From positions 79,197 through 143,196 of the forward strand of contig CAVGNV010000002.1 of the NCBI GenBank assembly GCA_963630695.1: 64,000 bases of DNA, in the 5' to 3' direction. The notes under the pieces are model-generated. The model was not told the DNA's origin. It searched no databases and saw only the letters and a program-made list of their open reading frames with translations. Position 1 is the stretch's first letter, and each line of letters opens with the position of its first letter. The stretch is from Paratractidigestivibacter sp. GTDB taxonomy: Bacteria > Bacteroidota > Bacteroidia > Bacteroidales > Bacteroidaceae. Shown piece after piece: positions 50,083-59,525 of this stretch. The translations under genes were made by a program, and so were the position numbers.

Positions 50083-53000
50083 ATGACATTTACTAATTTT
50101 ATCAAACGCCCGGTACTCTCTACCGTGATATCTGTCTTCTTCGTCCTTCTTGGTACGATTGGATTGGTATCACTGCCTATTGAGCAGTATCCGGATATTG
50201 CACCGCCAACCATCAGTGTGATGACTACCTATACGGGAGCCGATGCACAGACGGTGCTTAACTCAGTGGTCACCCCATTGGAGGAGAGTATCAATGGTGT
50301 GGAGAACATGACCTACATGACTTCGTCGGCTACCAATGATGGTGTGGCTTCTATTACGGTCTTCTTTAAGCAAGGCTCTGACCCTGATATGGCTGCCGTC
50401 AACGTGCAAAACCGTGTCTCACAGGCACAAGCATTGTTGCCAGCCGAGGTTACTAAGGTAGGTGTGACCGTATCAAAGCGACAGACATCTAACGTGATCA
50501 TGTATTCAGTCACCTCTGAGGATGGTCGATACAGCTCCGAATTCGTTACCAACTATAACAACATCAACATCGTTCCAGCTCTGAAACGTATTAATGGTGT
50601 GGGTGATGTGCAGAGTCCGTCTACTGCAAGTTACTCTATGCGTATCTGGCTCAAGCCCGATAAGATGAAGCAATATGGCTTGGTGCCATCTGATATCTCT
50701 ACCGCGCTTGCTGAACAGAATATCGAAGCTGCTCCTGGTAAGCTGGGTGAGCAGAGCGATGTGGCCTATGAGTACGTGTTGCGCTATAAGGGACGTCTCA
50801 AGACTCCTACCGAGTATGAAGATATTATCATCAAGAGCAATACCGATGGACAGACCCTTCATCTGAGGGATGTGGCTCGTGTAGAACTCGGTGTGCTTTC
50901 ATACAGTGTGAGTTTGTTGAACAACGGACAACCTGCCGTGATGGGTATGGTACAGCAGATTGCTGGTTCTAACGCTACACAGATTGCTAAAGATGTTAAG
51001 GCTGAGCTTGATAAGCAGGCTAAGAACTTCCCTCCAGGATTGGAGTATACCATTGAGCAAGATGTAACCGAGTTCCTCTTTGCATCTATTGAAGAGGTAG
51101 TGAAGACACTTTTCATCACCCTTGTGTTGGTGTTCTTCGTGGTTTACGTGTTCTTGCAAGACATGCGTTCTACCCTTATCCCTATGATTGCCGTGCCAGT
51201 GGCATTGATTGGTACGTTCTTCTTCCTATGGGTGTTTGGCTTCTCCATCAACTTGCTCACGCTATCGGCATTGCTTTTGGCTATCGCTATCGTGGTCGAC
51301 GATGCCATTGTGGTGGTTGAGGCTGTCCACGCTAAGCTCGACTTGGGATACAAGAGTGCCCTCACCGCATCAATAGATGCCATGAACGAGATCTCGGGCG
51401 CTATCATTTCTATTACGCTTGTGATGTCTGCTGTGTTCGTTCCGGTATCATTTATCGGTGGAACGAGTGGTACATTCTATCGCGAGTTTGGTGTGACGAT
51501 GGCTATTTCAATCTTGATTTCGGCTTTGAACGCTTTGACTCTATCACCTGCAATGTGTGCTATCCTTCTTAAACCAAAGGATGAAGAACTGAAAGAGCAT
51601 GGTGGTAAGACCACATTCGTTTCTCGTTTCCACGAAGGATTTAACCATTCGTTCGAGAAGATAACCGCTAAATATAAGAAAGGTGTTGAGCGCGTGATCA
51701 ACAATGCAGTGATTTCTGTTGTATCAGTGATCGCCGGTATTGTTGCATTGGTAGTGCTTATGGGAACCACCAAGACCGGTTTGGTGCCTGATGAGGATAC
51801 CGGTACTGTCTTCGTGACCATGTCTATGCCTCCTGCTACTAGCCAAGAGCAGACCATGAAGGTTGCATCACAAATCGATAAGATGCTTGCAAGCAACCCA
51901 TATATCCAGCGTCGAGAGATGATCGCAGGTTACAACTTCATCGCAGGACAGGGATCAGACCAAGCAACGTTCATCGTGAAGCTGAAGACGTTCTCTGAAC
52001 GCGACTACGGATTGTTCGATCGCATCAAGAGCTGTTTCACTGGAGCAGGTATTGCAGGCTTGTTCATCAATCCAGCAGAGCAAAACTCTATCCTCGGAAT
52101 GATTTATAAGCAGACTTCTACCATCAAGGGTGCACAGATTTTGGCCTTCGGTCCTCCTATGATTTCAGGTTTCTCTGCAACCAATGGTTTGACCTTCTCT
52201 ATGCAGGATAAGACCGGTGGCGACTTGAATAAGTTCTTCCAGGTAACACAAGATTACCTCAAGGCTCTTAACGAACGTCCCGAGATCTCTAACGCTATGA
52301 CGTCTTACAACCCAAGTTATCCCCAATACATGGTGGATGTGGACGTAGCCAAGACCAAGCAAGCAGGCACTTCACCATCTGCAGTGCTCTCTGTGCTTCA
52401 AGGATACTATGGTGGTTTGTACGCAAGTAACTTCAATGCCTATGGTAAGCTCTATCGTGTGATGATCCAAGGCGACGTTGCAACTCGTATGACTGAATCA
52501 TCGCTCAACGATATCTATGTGAAGACTAGCAACGGCATGTCACCTGTGGGTGAGTTTGTTAAGCTAAGACGTGTCTATGGACCATCTAACATCAACCGTT
52601 TCAACCTCTTCACCTGTATCAATATCAATGCTACACCAGCTGATGGCTACTCTTCAGGTCAGGCTATCCAGGCTGTAGAGGAAGTGGCACAGCAGACTTT
52701 GCCTCAGGGTTACACCTACGACTTCTCTGGTTTGACACGTTCTGAGCAGGAGTCGAGCAACTCTACTGGTTTGATCTTCGCTCTCTGTCTTGTCTTTGTC
52801 TACTTGATTTTGTCGGCACAGTATGAGAGTTACATCTTGCCATTCTCAGTGTTGTTGTCTATTCCGTTTGGTTTGGCAGGTGCATTCCTGTTCACCCAGC
52901 TCTTCGGACATTCTAACGACATCTACATGCAGATCTCTCTGATTATGTTGATTGGTCTGCTTGCCAAGAACGCCATCCTTATTGTGCAGTTTGCTTTGGC

Positions 53001-53361
53001 ACGTCGTCAAACTGGTATGGCTATCAAATACGCTGCCATCTTGGGTGCAGGAGCCCGTCTCCGTCCTATCTTGATGACGTCTTTGGCCATGATTATCGGT
53101 CTGTTACCATTGATGTTCGCATCTGGTGTAGGCCGTAATGGTAACCAAACTCTAGGTGCTTCAGCCGTCGGAGGTATGTTAATTGGTACACTCTGTCAGT
53201 TGTTTGTAGTGCCAGCGTTGTTCGCTTTCTTCCAGTATCTGCAAGAACGCATCTCTCCTCTTGAGTTCCATGATGAAGCAAACGAGGATGCACAGCGTGA
53301 GTTGGAACAATATGCGCAAGGTCTTGGAGACGATTACGAACTCGAGAATCGCCCAATGTAA
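50083..53361 (+). CDS. RND efflux permease (HAE1/AcrB family)
   Basis: FIKRPV, LPIEQYPDIAPP, VVDDAIVVVE, LAKNAILIV, RLRPILMTS; proton-relay residues present. Confidence 0.96.
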   Translation: MTFTNFIKRPVLSTVISVFFVLLGTIGLVSLPIEQYPDIAPPTISVMTTYTGADAQTVLNSVVTPLEESINGVENMTYMTSSATNDGVASITVFFKQGSDPDMAAVNVQNRVSQAQALLPAEVTKVGVTVSKRQTSNVIMYSVTSEDGRYSSEFVTNYNNINIVPALKRINGVGDVQSPSTASYSMRIWLKPDKMKQYGLVPSDISTALAEQNIEAAPGKLGEQSDVAYEYVLRYKGRLKTPTEYEDIIIKSNTDGQTLHLRDVARVELGVLSYSVSLLNNGQPAVMGMVQQIAGSNATQIAKDVKAELDKQAKNFPPGLEYTIEQDVTEFLFASIEEVVKTLFITLVLVFFVVYVFLQDMRSTLIPMIAVPVALIGTFFFLWVFGFSINLLTLSALLLAIAIVVDDAIVVVEAVHAKLDLGYKSALTASIDAMNEISGAIISITLVMSAVFVPVSFIGGTSGTFYREFGVTMAISILISALNALTLSPAMCAILLKPKDEELKEHGGKTTFVSRFHEGFNHSFEKITAKYKKGVERVINNAVISVVSVIAGIVALVVLMGTTKTGLVPDEDTGTVFVTMSMPPATSQEQTMKVASQIDKMLASNPYIQRREMIAGYNFIAGQGSDQATFIVKLKTFSERDYGLFDRIKSCFTGAGIAGLFINPAEQNSILGMIYKQTSTIKGAQILAFGPPMISGFSATNGLTFSMQDKTGGDLNKFFQVTQDYLKALNERPEISNAMTSYNPSYPQYMVDVDVAKTKQAGTSPSAVLSVLQGYYGGLYASNFNAYGKLYRVMIQGDVATRMTESSLNDIYVKTSNGMSPVGEFVKLRRVYGPSNINRFNLFTCININATPADGYSSGQAIQAVEEVAQQTLPQGYTYDFSGLTRSEQESSNSTGLIFALCLVFVYLILSAQYESYILPFSVLLSIPFGLAGAFLFTQLFGHSNDIYMQISLIMLIGLLAKNAILIVQFALARRQTGMAIKYAAILGAGARLRPILMTSLAMIIGLLPLMFASGVGRNGNQTLGASAVGGMLIGTLCQLFVVPALFAFFQYLQERISPLEFHDEANEDAQRELEQYAQGLGDDYELENRPM

Positions 53362-53370
53362 TAAGCCAAT

Positions 53371-53421
53371 AGCTCTTCTTCAGCCATTTCCCCTCATTGG
53401 CTGATGGCTGGAGGAGAAGCT
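53371..53421 (+). other. Intra-operon stem-loop between permease and outer-membrane factor
   Basis: CTTCTTCAGCCAT / ATGGCTGGAGGAG stem without a long U-tract. Confidence 0.55.
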
Positions 53422-53460
53422 TTAGACCTACAAAAATCAGATTAATATATGATTCAAAAG

Positions 53461-54882
53461 ATGAAAACAACTAATATAAATAAGGTGGTAAGCTCCCGCA
53501 GCATTGGTAAGGCCTGCTTCGGAATGCTCTGCTTGATGTCGTTGTCGCTGACAGGTTGCAAGAGTCTTTATGGTGATTACGAGCGTCCAGACGTGAAACA
53601 GACTGGTATTGTGCGTGATCCGGTAAACGACCAAGCTACCCTTGAAGGTGCAAACGACTTCGGTCAGTTGCCATGGAAGAGCGTCTTCACCGACCCACAG
53701 CTCCAAACGCTGATTGACAAAGCGCTTACCAACAATCCCGATTTGGCTAACGCAGTGCTCAACGTGGATATGGCTGAGGCACAACTCAACACCGCTAAGT
53801 TGGCATTCTTGCCTTCAGTGGTTGTCTCACCACAAGGAACCATCTCTCATTTTGGCTCTCATGTCGAAGCCACAAAGAGCTATACGTTGCCCGTAGTGGC
53901 TAGTTGGGATGTGGATCTCTTTGGCAAGCTACGCAATTCGAAGAAGTCTGCCATGTACAGCTTGCTTCAGACACAAGACTATAAGGTGGCAGTGCAGACT
54001 CGTTTGATCTGTAACGTAGCCAACCTCTACTATACCTTGTGTATGCTTGACCGTCAAGTAGAGATTGTTAACGACATGGAGTCGCTCACCAAGGACACTT
54101 GGGACATGATGAAACTACAGATGCAGTATGGCCGTGCACGCTCTACAAGCGTTCAGAGTGCCGAGGCTGCTTACTATAGCGTAAAGACTCAAGCAGTGTC
54201 TTTGAAACAACAGATCCGCGAAAGCGAAAACTCATTGAGCCTTCTGCTTGGCGAACCCGCTCATGCGATTGCTCGTGGCAAGCTCGATGCGCAGTCGTTG
54301 CCCGAGAACTTCGCTAATGGTGTAGGCGTAGAGTTGCTTAGCAACCGTGCTGACGTCCACGCTAACGAGATGGCACTTGCTTCTTGCTTCTACGATGTAC
54401 AGAAGGCTAGAGGCTCGTTCTATCCCTCTCTCTCTATCACCGGCACTGGTGGATGGTCTAATGGAAGCGGCTTGGTTAACCCAGGTAAGCTCCTCCTCTC
54501 TGCAGTAGGTTCATTGACTCAACCTATCTTCATGAAAGGTCAGTTGAAAGCAGCGCTCCGTGTGGCTGAAGACCAGTACAAGCAAGCTTACAACACCTGG
54601 CAGAACTCTATTCTCTCTGCAGGTTCAGAGGTGAGCAACGCACTGGTTTCTTACAACACCGCCAAAGAGTCGGCTGAGCTAGAACAGCACCGCATCGAAG
54701 TGCTCAAGCAGAATGTGGAAGATACCGAGTTGCTTTACAAGCAAAGCTCAAGTACCTATCTTGAGGTAATCACAGCTCAACAGAATCTTCTCAATGCTGA
54801 GATCAATCAGGTGCAAGACCAGTTCACCAAACTGCAATCTATCGTTAACCTTTACTACGCTTTAGGTGGCGGTAGCAAGTAG
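53461..54882 (+). CDS. Outer-membrane efflux factor (OprM/TolC-like lipoprotein)
   Basis: Lipobox LTGC; W..VF.DPQLQ.LI..AL.NNPDL, SWDVDLFGKLR, YLEVITAQ, LYYALGGG. Confidence 0.93.
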   Translation: MKTTNINKVVSSRSIGKACFGMLCLMSLSLTGCKSLYGDYERPDVKQTGIVRDPVNDQATLEGANDFGQLPWKSVFTDPQLQTLIDKALTNNPDLANAVLNVDMAEAQLNTAKLAFLPSVVVSPQGTISHFGSHVEATKSYTLPVVASWDVDLFGKLRNSKKSAMYSLLQTQDYKVAVQTRLICNVANLYYTLCMLDRQVEIVNDMESLTKDTWDMMKLQMQYGRARSTSVQSAEAAYYSVKTQAVSLKQQIRESENSLSLLLGEPAHAIARGKLDAQSLPENFANGVGVELLSNRADVHANEMALASCFYDVQKARGSFYPSLSITGTGGWSNGSGLVNPGKLLLSAVGSLTQPIFMKGQLKAALRVAEDQYKQAYNTWQNSILSAGSEVSNALVSYNTAKESAELEQHRIEVLKQNVEDTELLYKQSSSTYLEVITAQQNLLNAEINQVQDQFTKLQSIVNLYYALGGGSK

Positions 54883-54906
54883 AACAGAATTTAGAAACAA
54901 ATTATT

Positions 54907-55689
54907 ATGAGTAGCAATATCAGTCCACAAGCCGTTATATCCCCAAACGCCAAGATTGGTGACGGATGTAAGATATTTCCCTTCGTTTATATCGAAGACG
55001 ATGTCGTGATAGGGGACAATTGTATCATCTTCCCCTTCGTGTCAATACTCAACGGTACACGCATGGGCAATGGTAACAAGATTCACCAAGGTTCGGTGAT
55101 CTCTGCGTTGCCACAAGATTTCAACTTCAAGGGCGATGCCACAGAAGTTGTGCTCGGTGATCATAACGTGATTCGTGAGAACGTGGTAATCAATCGTGCC
55201 ACACATAAGGGAGGACAGACGGTTATAGGTTCGAACAACTTCCTAATGGAAGGCGCACATATCTCGCATGATACAAAGGTAGGCGACTCATGCGTGTTCG
55301 GCTATGGTACCAAGATTGCAGGTGATTGCTTGATTGGTAATGGTGTGATATTCTCATCTTCAGTGATTGAGAATTCTCGTACCCGTGTAGGCGATTTGGC
55401 AATGATCCAAGCCGGAACCACATTCTCTAAGGACATTCCTCCTTATATCGTAGCAGGTGGAGCACCTGTTGAATATGGTGGTGTCAATATGACTATGTGT
55501 CGCAAGAGCGGAATAGACGAGAAGGTTATCAAGCACATTGCCAATGCGTATCGCTTGTTGTTCCATGGTCAGAGCTCTCTGTTCGATTCTTGTAACCAGA
55601 TTGTAGATCAGGTGCCCGACTCGCCAGAGATCCAGCAGATTATTACATTCTTGCGCGAAACGAAGGAAGGAATCATCTCTAAGATATAG
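54907..55689 (+). CDS. LpxA-like hexapeptide-repeat acyltransferase (divergent paralogue)
   Basis: Left-handed beta-helix repeats, PQD, IRENV.INRAT, AHISHD, DIPPY, helical C-terminal domain; lacks the DLK and HQF motifs. Confidence 0.85.
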   Translation: MSSNISPQAVISPNAKIGDGCKIFPFVYIEDDVVIGDNCIIFPFVSILNGTRMGNGNKIHQGSVISALPQDFNFKGDATEVVLGDHNVIRENVVINRATHKGGQTVIGSNNFLMEGAHISHDTKVGDSCVFGYGTKIAGDCLIGNGVIFSSSVIENSRTRVGDLAMIQAGTTFSKDIPPYIVAGGAPVEYGGVNMTMCRKSGIDEKVIKHIANAYRLLFHGQSSLFDSCNQIVDQVPDSPEIQQIITFLRETKEGIISKI

Positions 55690-55713
55690 TTCATACCTTC
55701 TTACTATAACACT

Positions 55714-55755
55714 AAGGGGAAGCAACTGATTATTCATACAGTGCTTTCCCTTTTT
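55714..55755. terminator. Terminator of the efflux-LpxA-like operon
   Basis: AAGGGGAAGCA..TGCTTTCCCTT stem followed by a T-tract, between convergent genes. Confidence 0.75.
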
Positions 55756-55780
55756 CTATATATCTATCTTTGCTCTTCTA

Positions 55781-56563
55781 TCAGTAAGCTGCGGTGCAAC
55801 TAATCCCTAATGCTTCCACACGTTCTTTGATGCTATCCAGCTCTGCGTGTGTCGCTTTGAGCAAGGAGCGACATGGTGTCTCGCGGTCAATGGTATAAAT
55901 CATCACCCCTTGTGGCGCAATCTCACGTATGGCATCAAGCCAAGGTGTGACATAATAATCGGTTGTGTTGTCAATGTTGATACCCTCGTCGGTAGCGCCC
56001 TTGAGGAAGATGGTCTGAATGATACAATGCCCATTGAAAGCCTTCAGATGTGCGATGATATTCTTGACATTGTACGATGGTTGTTGCGGACGATCCACAA
56101 GACCTATAAATGTAGCATCTGCAGTGTCTAGTTTCAAGATGTTGTTGTCCACCTTCATCAACGCTTCACGCACTGCGGAACGGTCGGTGAACGTCGCATT
56201 GCTTAACACCGATATCTTTGCGGAGGGACAATACGTGTTCCGTAGACTGATGGTGGCATCGATAATGGATGCAAAATGTGGATTGCCCGTCGGCTCGCCA
56301 TTGCCTGCAAAGGTTAATACGTCAGGATGCACACCGCTCTGATGTAGCTCGATAAGCTTCTTCTCTAACGCCTCCGCCACCACATCGGTTGTCGGGTATC
56401 GTGAGTGCGTGCGCCGTTGTGCGTTGTAACCACATTCACAATAGATACAATCAAAGCTGCAAATCTTTCCATCAGCAGGCATGATGTTGATTCCTAGCGA
56501 GATGCCTAAGCGTCGGCTATGTATCGGACCATAAATAGGCGAAGGATAAATAGATGTACTCAT
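55781..56563 (-). CDS. Radical SAM protein of unknown function
   Basis: YGPIHSRRLG.SLGIN, CSFDCIYC (CxxxCxxC), TFAGNGEPT. Confidence 0.9.
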   Translation of the reverse strand: MSTSIYPSPIYGPIHSRRLGISLGINIMPADGKICSFDCIYCECGYNAQRRTHSRYPTTDVVAEALEKKLIELHQSGVHPDVLTFAGNGEPTGNPHFASIIDATISLRNTYCPSAKISVLSNATFTDRSAVREALMKVDNNILKLDTADATFIGLVDRPQQPSYNVKNIIAHLKAFNGHCIIQTIFLKGATDEGINIDNTTDYYVTPWLDAIREIAPQGVMIYTIDRETPCRSLLKATHAELDSIKERVEALGISCTAAY

Positions 56564-56671
56564 GTTCTAAAACTATTCAGATACAAAATTAGTCAATAGT
56601 TTCTCAATTTCCAAAAAACCTTTCGCTATACTTATCCATACATGTGATTATGAAATTTTAGGTATAAAAAC

Positions 56672-56739
56672 TTTGTGATAAAGCAATTTTAGTTTACCTT
56701 TGCAACAAACTTGACGCATTGCGTCAGAAAGCTTTCTGA
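56672..56739 (+). promoter_or_regulatory. ftsX operon promoter with overlapping palindromes
   Basis: TTTG(56672)-19bp-TACCTTTG(56695); TGACGCA-T-TGCGTCA 56712-56726; TCAGAAAGCTTTCTGA 56724-56739. Confidence 0.65.
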
Positions 56740-56756
56740 TTTTAGATTATATAAGA

Positions 56757-57635
56757 ATGGTAAAGAAACGCAATAAGACCCGCAGTCGACACAGCCTGCA
56801 GGTGGTTACCCTATGTATCAGTACGGCAATGGTGCTGGTGCTTATTGGTATAGTGGTATTGACAGTTTTCACGGGTCGAAACCTATCCAATTACGTTAAA
56901 GAGAACCTCACGCTTACAATGATTCTGCAACCAGATATGAGTGATGGCGAGTCCATCGCATTGGCAAAGCGTGTTGATGGTCTGTCTTATATCAATCATA
57001 TCAAGTATATCAGCAAAGACCAAGCACTCAAAGAAGGCACAAAAGAGCTCGGTGCTAACCCTGCAGAGTTTGCTGGTGAGAATCCTTTCACCGCCGAGAT
57101 AGAGATTCAGCTCAAGGCGCAATATGCCAATAACGACTCTATCCAGTGGATATCTAAGCAGCTGAAAGAGTATAAGGGTGTGAGCGAAGTGTCCTATCGA
57201 CAAGACCTGATTAATAGTGTTAACCGCACGTTGAATCGTATCTCCATCGTATTGCTTATCATCGCCGGTCTGCTTACGATAGTTTCGTTCTCCCTCATCA
57301 ACAATACTATCCGACTAAGCGTCTATGCACGTCGCTTCTCCATCCATACCATGAAACTTGTGGGAGCTTCATGGAACTTCATTCGTATGCCTTTCATCCG
57401 TCAAGCCGTAGGTGAAGGACTGCTTTCAGCCCTTTTAGCGCTCGCTGTTTTAGGTATAGGCATGTTTGCGTTGTACAATTATGAACCAGAGATGACCACC
57501 ATCATTGATGCCAGCGTGATGGCATTCACCGCATTGATAGTGCTTGCCGTGGGCGTGATTATCACCACCTTCTGTGCTTGGTTGTCCGTGAACAAGTTCT
57601 TAAGAATGAAGGCTGGCGACTTGTATAAGATTTAA
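56757..57635 (+). CDS. ftsX: Cell-division permease FtsX
   Basis: Four-TM layout; YISKDQAL, GENP, LINNTIRLSVYARRF.I.TMKLVGA..FIR.PF. Confidence 0.92.
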   Translation: MVKKRNKTRSRHSLQVVTLCISTAMVLVLIGIVVLTVFTGRNLSNYVKENLTLTMILQPDMSDGESIALAKRVDGLSYINHIKYISKDQALKEGTKELGANPAEFAGENPFTAEIEIQLKAQYANNDSIQWISKQLKEYKGVSEVSYRQDLINSVNRTLNRISIVLLIIAGLLTIVSFSLINNTIRLSVYARRFSIHTMKLVGASWNFIRMPFIRQAVGEGLLSALLALAVLGIGMFALYNYEPEMTTIIDASVMAFTALIVLAVGVIITTFCAWLSVNKFLRMKAGDLYKI

Positions 57636-57687
57636 TCATGTTCTGAAACCTTATCAGAACCTTCCGCGAAATACAAATCATACAATC

Positions 57688-57921
57688 ATGAATAAAAGAA
57701 ATTATGCTTTTGGCAAGACGAATATGATTCTTCTTGCAGTAGGTGTTGCCATCGTTATCATTGGTTTCTTCTTGATGAGTGGTGGCAATTCGGATGAACA
57801 TCATTTCGATCCTGCAGTGCTAAACGATATGCACATCAAGATTGCACCCGTGATTACGCTCGTAGGTTATCTCTCTATCATTGGCGCCATCCTTTACAAG
57901 CCTAAGAATAACGAGGAATAA
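57688..57921 (+). CDS. Small two-TM membrane protein (DUF3098-like)
   Basis: AFGK.N.ILL..G..IIGF.LMSG..F.P..IAP pattern; between ftsX and uppP. Confidence 0.8.
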   Translation: MNKRNYAFGKTNMILLAVGVAIVIIGFFLMSGGNSDEHHFDPAVLNDMHIKIAPVITLVGYLSIIGAILYKPKNNEE

Positions 57922-57974
57922 TCACCCATCATTCGTACACCATATTATATATAATAAAGCAACAATAGGTAGAA

Positions 57975-58775
57975 ATGAATTGGTTTGAAGCATTGGTCTT
58001 AGGACTCATTCAAGGATTCACAGAGTATCTCCCCGTCAGCAGTAGTGGCCATCTTGCCATCGGCTCGCATCTCTTTGGCATCAATGGCGCTGACAACTTG
58101 ACCTTCACTATCATGGTGCATGTAGCCACAGTGCTTAGCACCTTGGTTATCCTTTGGAAGGAGATAGATTGGATTTTCAAAGGTTTGTTCAAGTTTGAGA
58201 TGAACGCTGAGACCAAGTACGCACTCAATATCATCGTATCAATGATACCCGTAGGTATCGTTGGTGTGTTCTTTAAGGATCAGGTGGAGGAAGTGTTTGG
58301 CTCAGGTCTGCTCATTGTGGGTATCATGCTCCTAGTGACAGCCCTCTTGCTTACCTTCTCCTATTATGCCAAACCCCGTCAGCGCGAGAACATCTCGCTT
58401 TGGCACGCCTTCTTGATCGGTGTAGGTCAAGCCTTGGCAGTGCTTCCCGGCTTGTCACGTTCAGGCACCACAATCGCTACGGGTCTGCTTCTTGGTAACA
58501 AGAAAGAGCAGATGGCGCAGTTTTCTTTCCTCATGGTTATTCCCCCAATCCTTGGCGAAGCACTGCTCGACTTACTTAAAGGACTAAGCGGAAAAGAACC
58601 ATTGGGTGACATCGAAACCCTTCCTATGGTCATAGGCTTTGTAGCAGCATTTGTCTCTGGCTGCTTGGCTTGCAAGTGGATGATCAACATTGTCAAGAAA
58701 GGCAAACTCGTTTATTTCGGCATTTATTGCGCCATAGCAGGTCTGCTAACCATTATTCTCCCCTACGTATTATAA
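57975..58775 (+). CDS. uppP: Undecaprenyl-diphosphate phosphatase
   Basis: [36 protein letters not shown]. Confidence 0.96.
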   Translation: MNWFEALVLGLIQGFTEYLPVSSSGHLAIGSHLFGINGADNLTFTIMVHVATVLSTLVILWKEIDWIFKGLFKFEMNAETKYALNIIVSMIPVGIVGVFFKDQVEEVFGSGLLIVGIMLLVTALLLTFSYYAKPRQRENISLWHAFLIGVGQALAVLPGLSRSGTTIATGLLLGNKKEQMAQFSFLMVIPPILGEALLDLLKGLSGKEPLGDIETLPMVIGFVAAFVSGCLACKWMINIVKKGKLVYFGIYCAIAGLLTIILPYVL

Positions 58776-58795
58776 ATCCATCAACCCATTAGAGC

Positions 58796-59497
58796 ATGAA
58801 TTTTAAGACGGGCGAACTCATCCCTATCGATAAACCATATGGTATCACTAGCTTTAAAGCCTTGGCGCGTGTGCGCTATCTATGTTCACAAGCAGCCAAC
58901 CACAAAGTAAAGATGGGGCATGCGGGAACCCTAGACCCTCTAGCTACGGGTGTCTTGATTCTTGCAACGGGTAAGATGACCAAGCAGATTGAAACCCTTC
59001 AGCGCCATACCAAGGAATATGTAGCTACCATGCAGCTCGGTGCCACCACGCCAAGCTATGATTGTGAGCATCCCGAGAACGCACAGTATCCTACGGAACA
59101 CATCACCTTGGATCTCATCCGTGAGGCATTGAAGGCTTTTGTGGGTGACATTGAACAGGTGCCGCCTACTTATAGTGCAGTTAAGGTCAATGGCGAGCGC
59201 GCCTTCAACTACCGTCGCAATGGTGAGGATGTGGTGCTACAACCCAAACATGTACGCATAGATGAGATAGAGATTCTCTCGTTTGATGCAGAGAAGATGC
59301 AGCTATCTCTGCGCGTGGTCTGTGGCAAGGGGACATATATCCGTGCTTTGGCACGCGACCTAGGTCGTGCTCTAGATAGCGGTGCTTACCTTGTGGCTCT
59401 GCGCCGCACCCGTGTGGGAGATGTGAAGGTAGCAGATTGCCTCCCTTATGACCAGATAGAACAATGGCTTGAAAGCCAAACAATAGAACATTCATAA
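58796..59497 (+). CDS. truB: tRNA pseudouridine(55) synthase
   Basis: IDKPYGITS, GHAGTLDPLATGVL, KEY, QVPPTYSAVKVNG, CGKGTYIRALARDLG. Confidence 0.96.
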   Translation: MNFKTGELIPIDKPYGITSFKALARVRYLCSQAANHKVKMGHAGTLDPLATGVLILATGKMTKQIETLQRHTKEYVATMQLGATTPSYDCEHPENAQYPTEHITLDLIREALKAFVGDIEQVPPTYSAVKVNGERAFNYRRNGEDVVLQPKHVRIDEIEILSFDAEKMQLSLRVVCGKGTYIRALARDLGRALDSGAYLVALRRTRVGDVKVADCLPYDQIEQWLESQTIEHS

Positions 59498-59525
59498 TCT
59501 TATATAAAAAGGAAAGCTTTAAAAT

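Noticed and set aside
56757..57635. ftsX without adjacent ftsE
   Set aside because: Separation of ftsE and ftsX is usual in Bacteroidota
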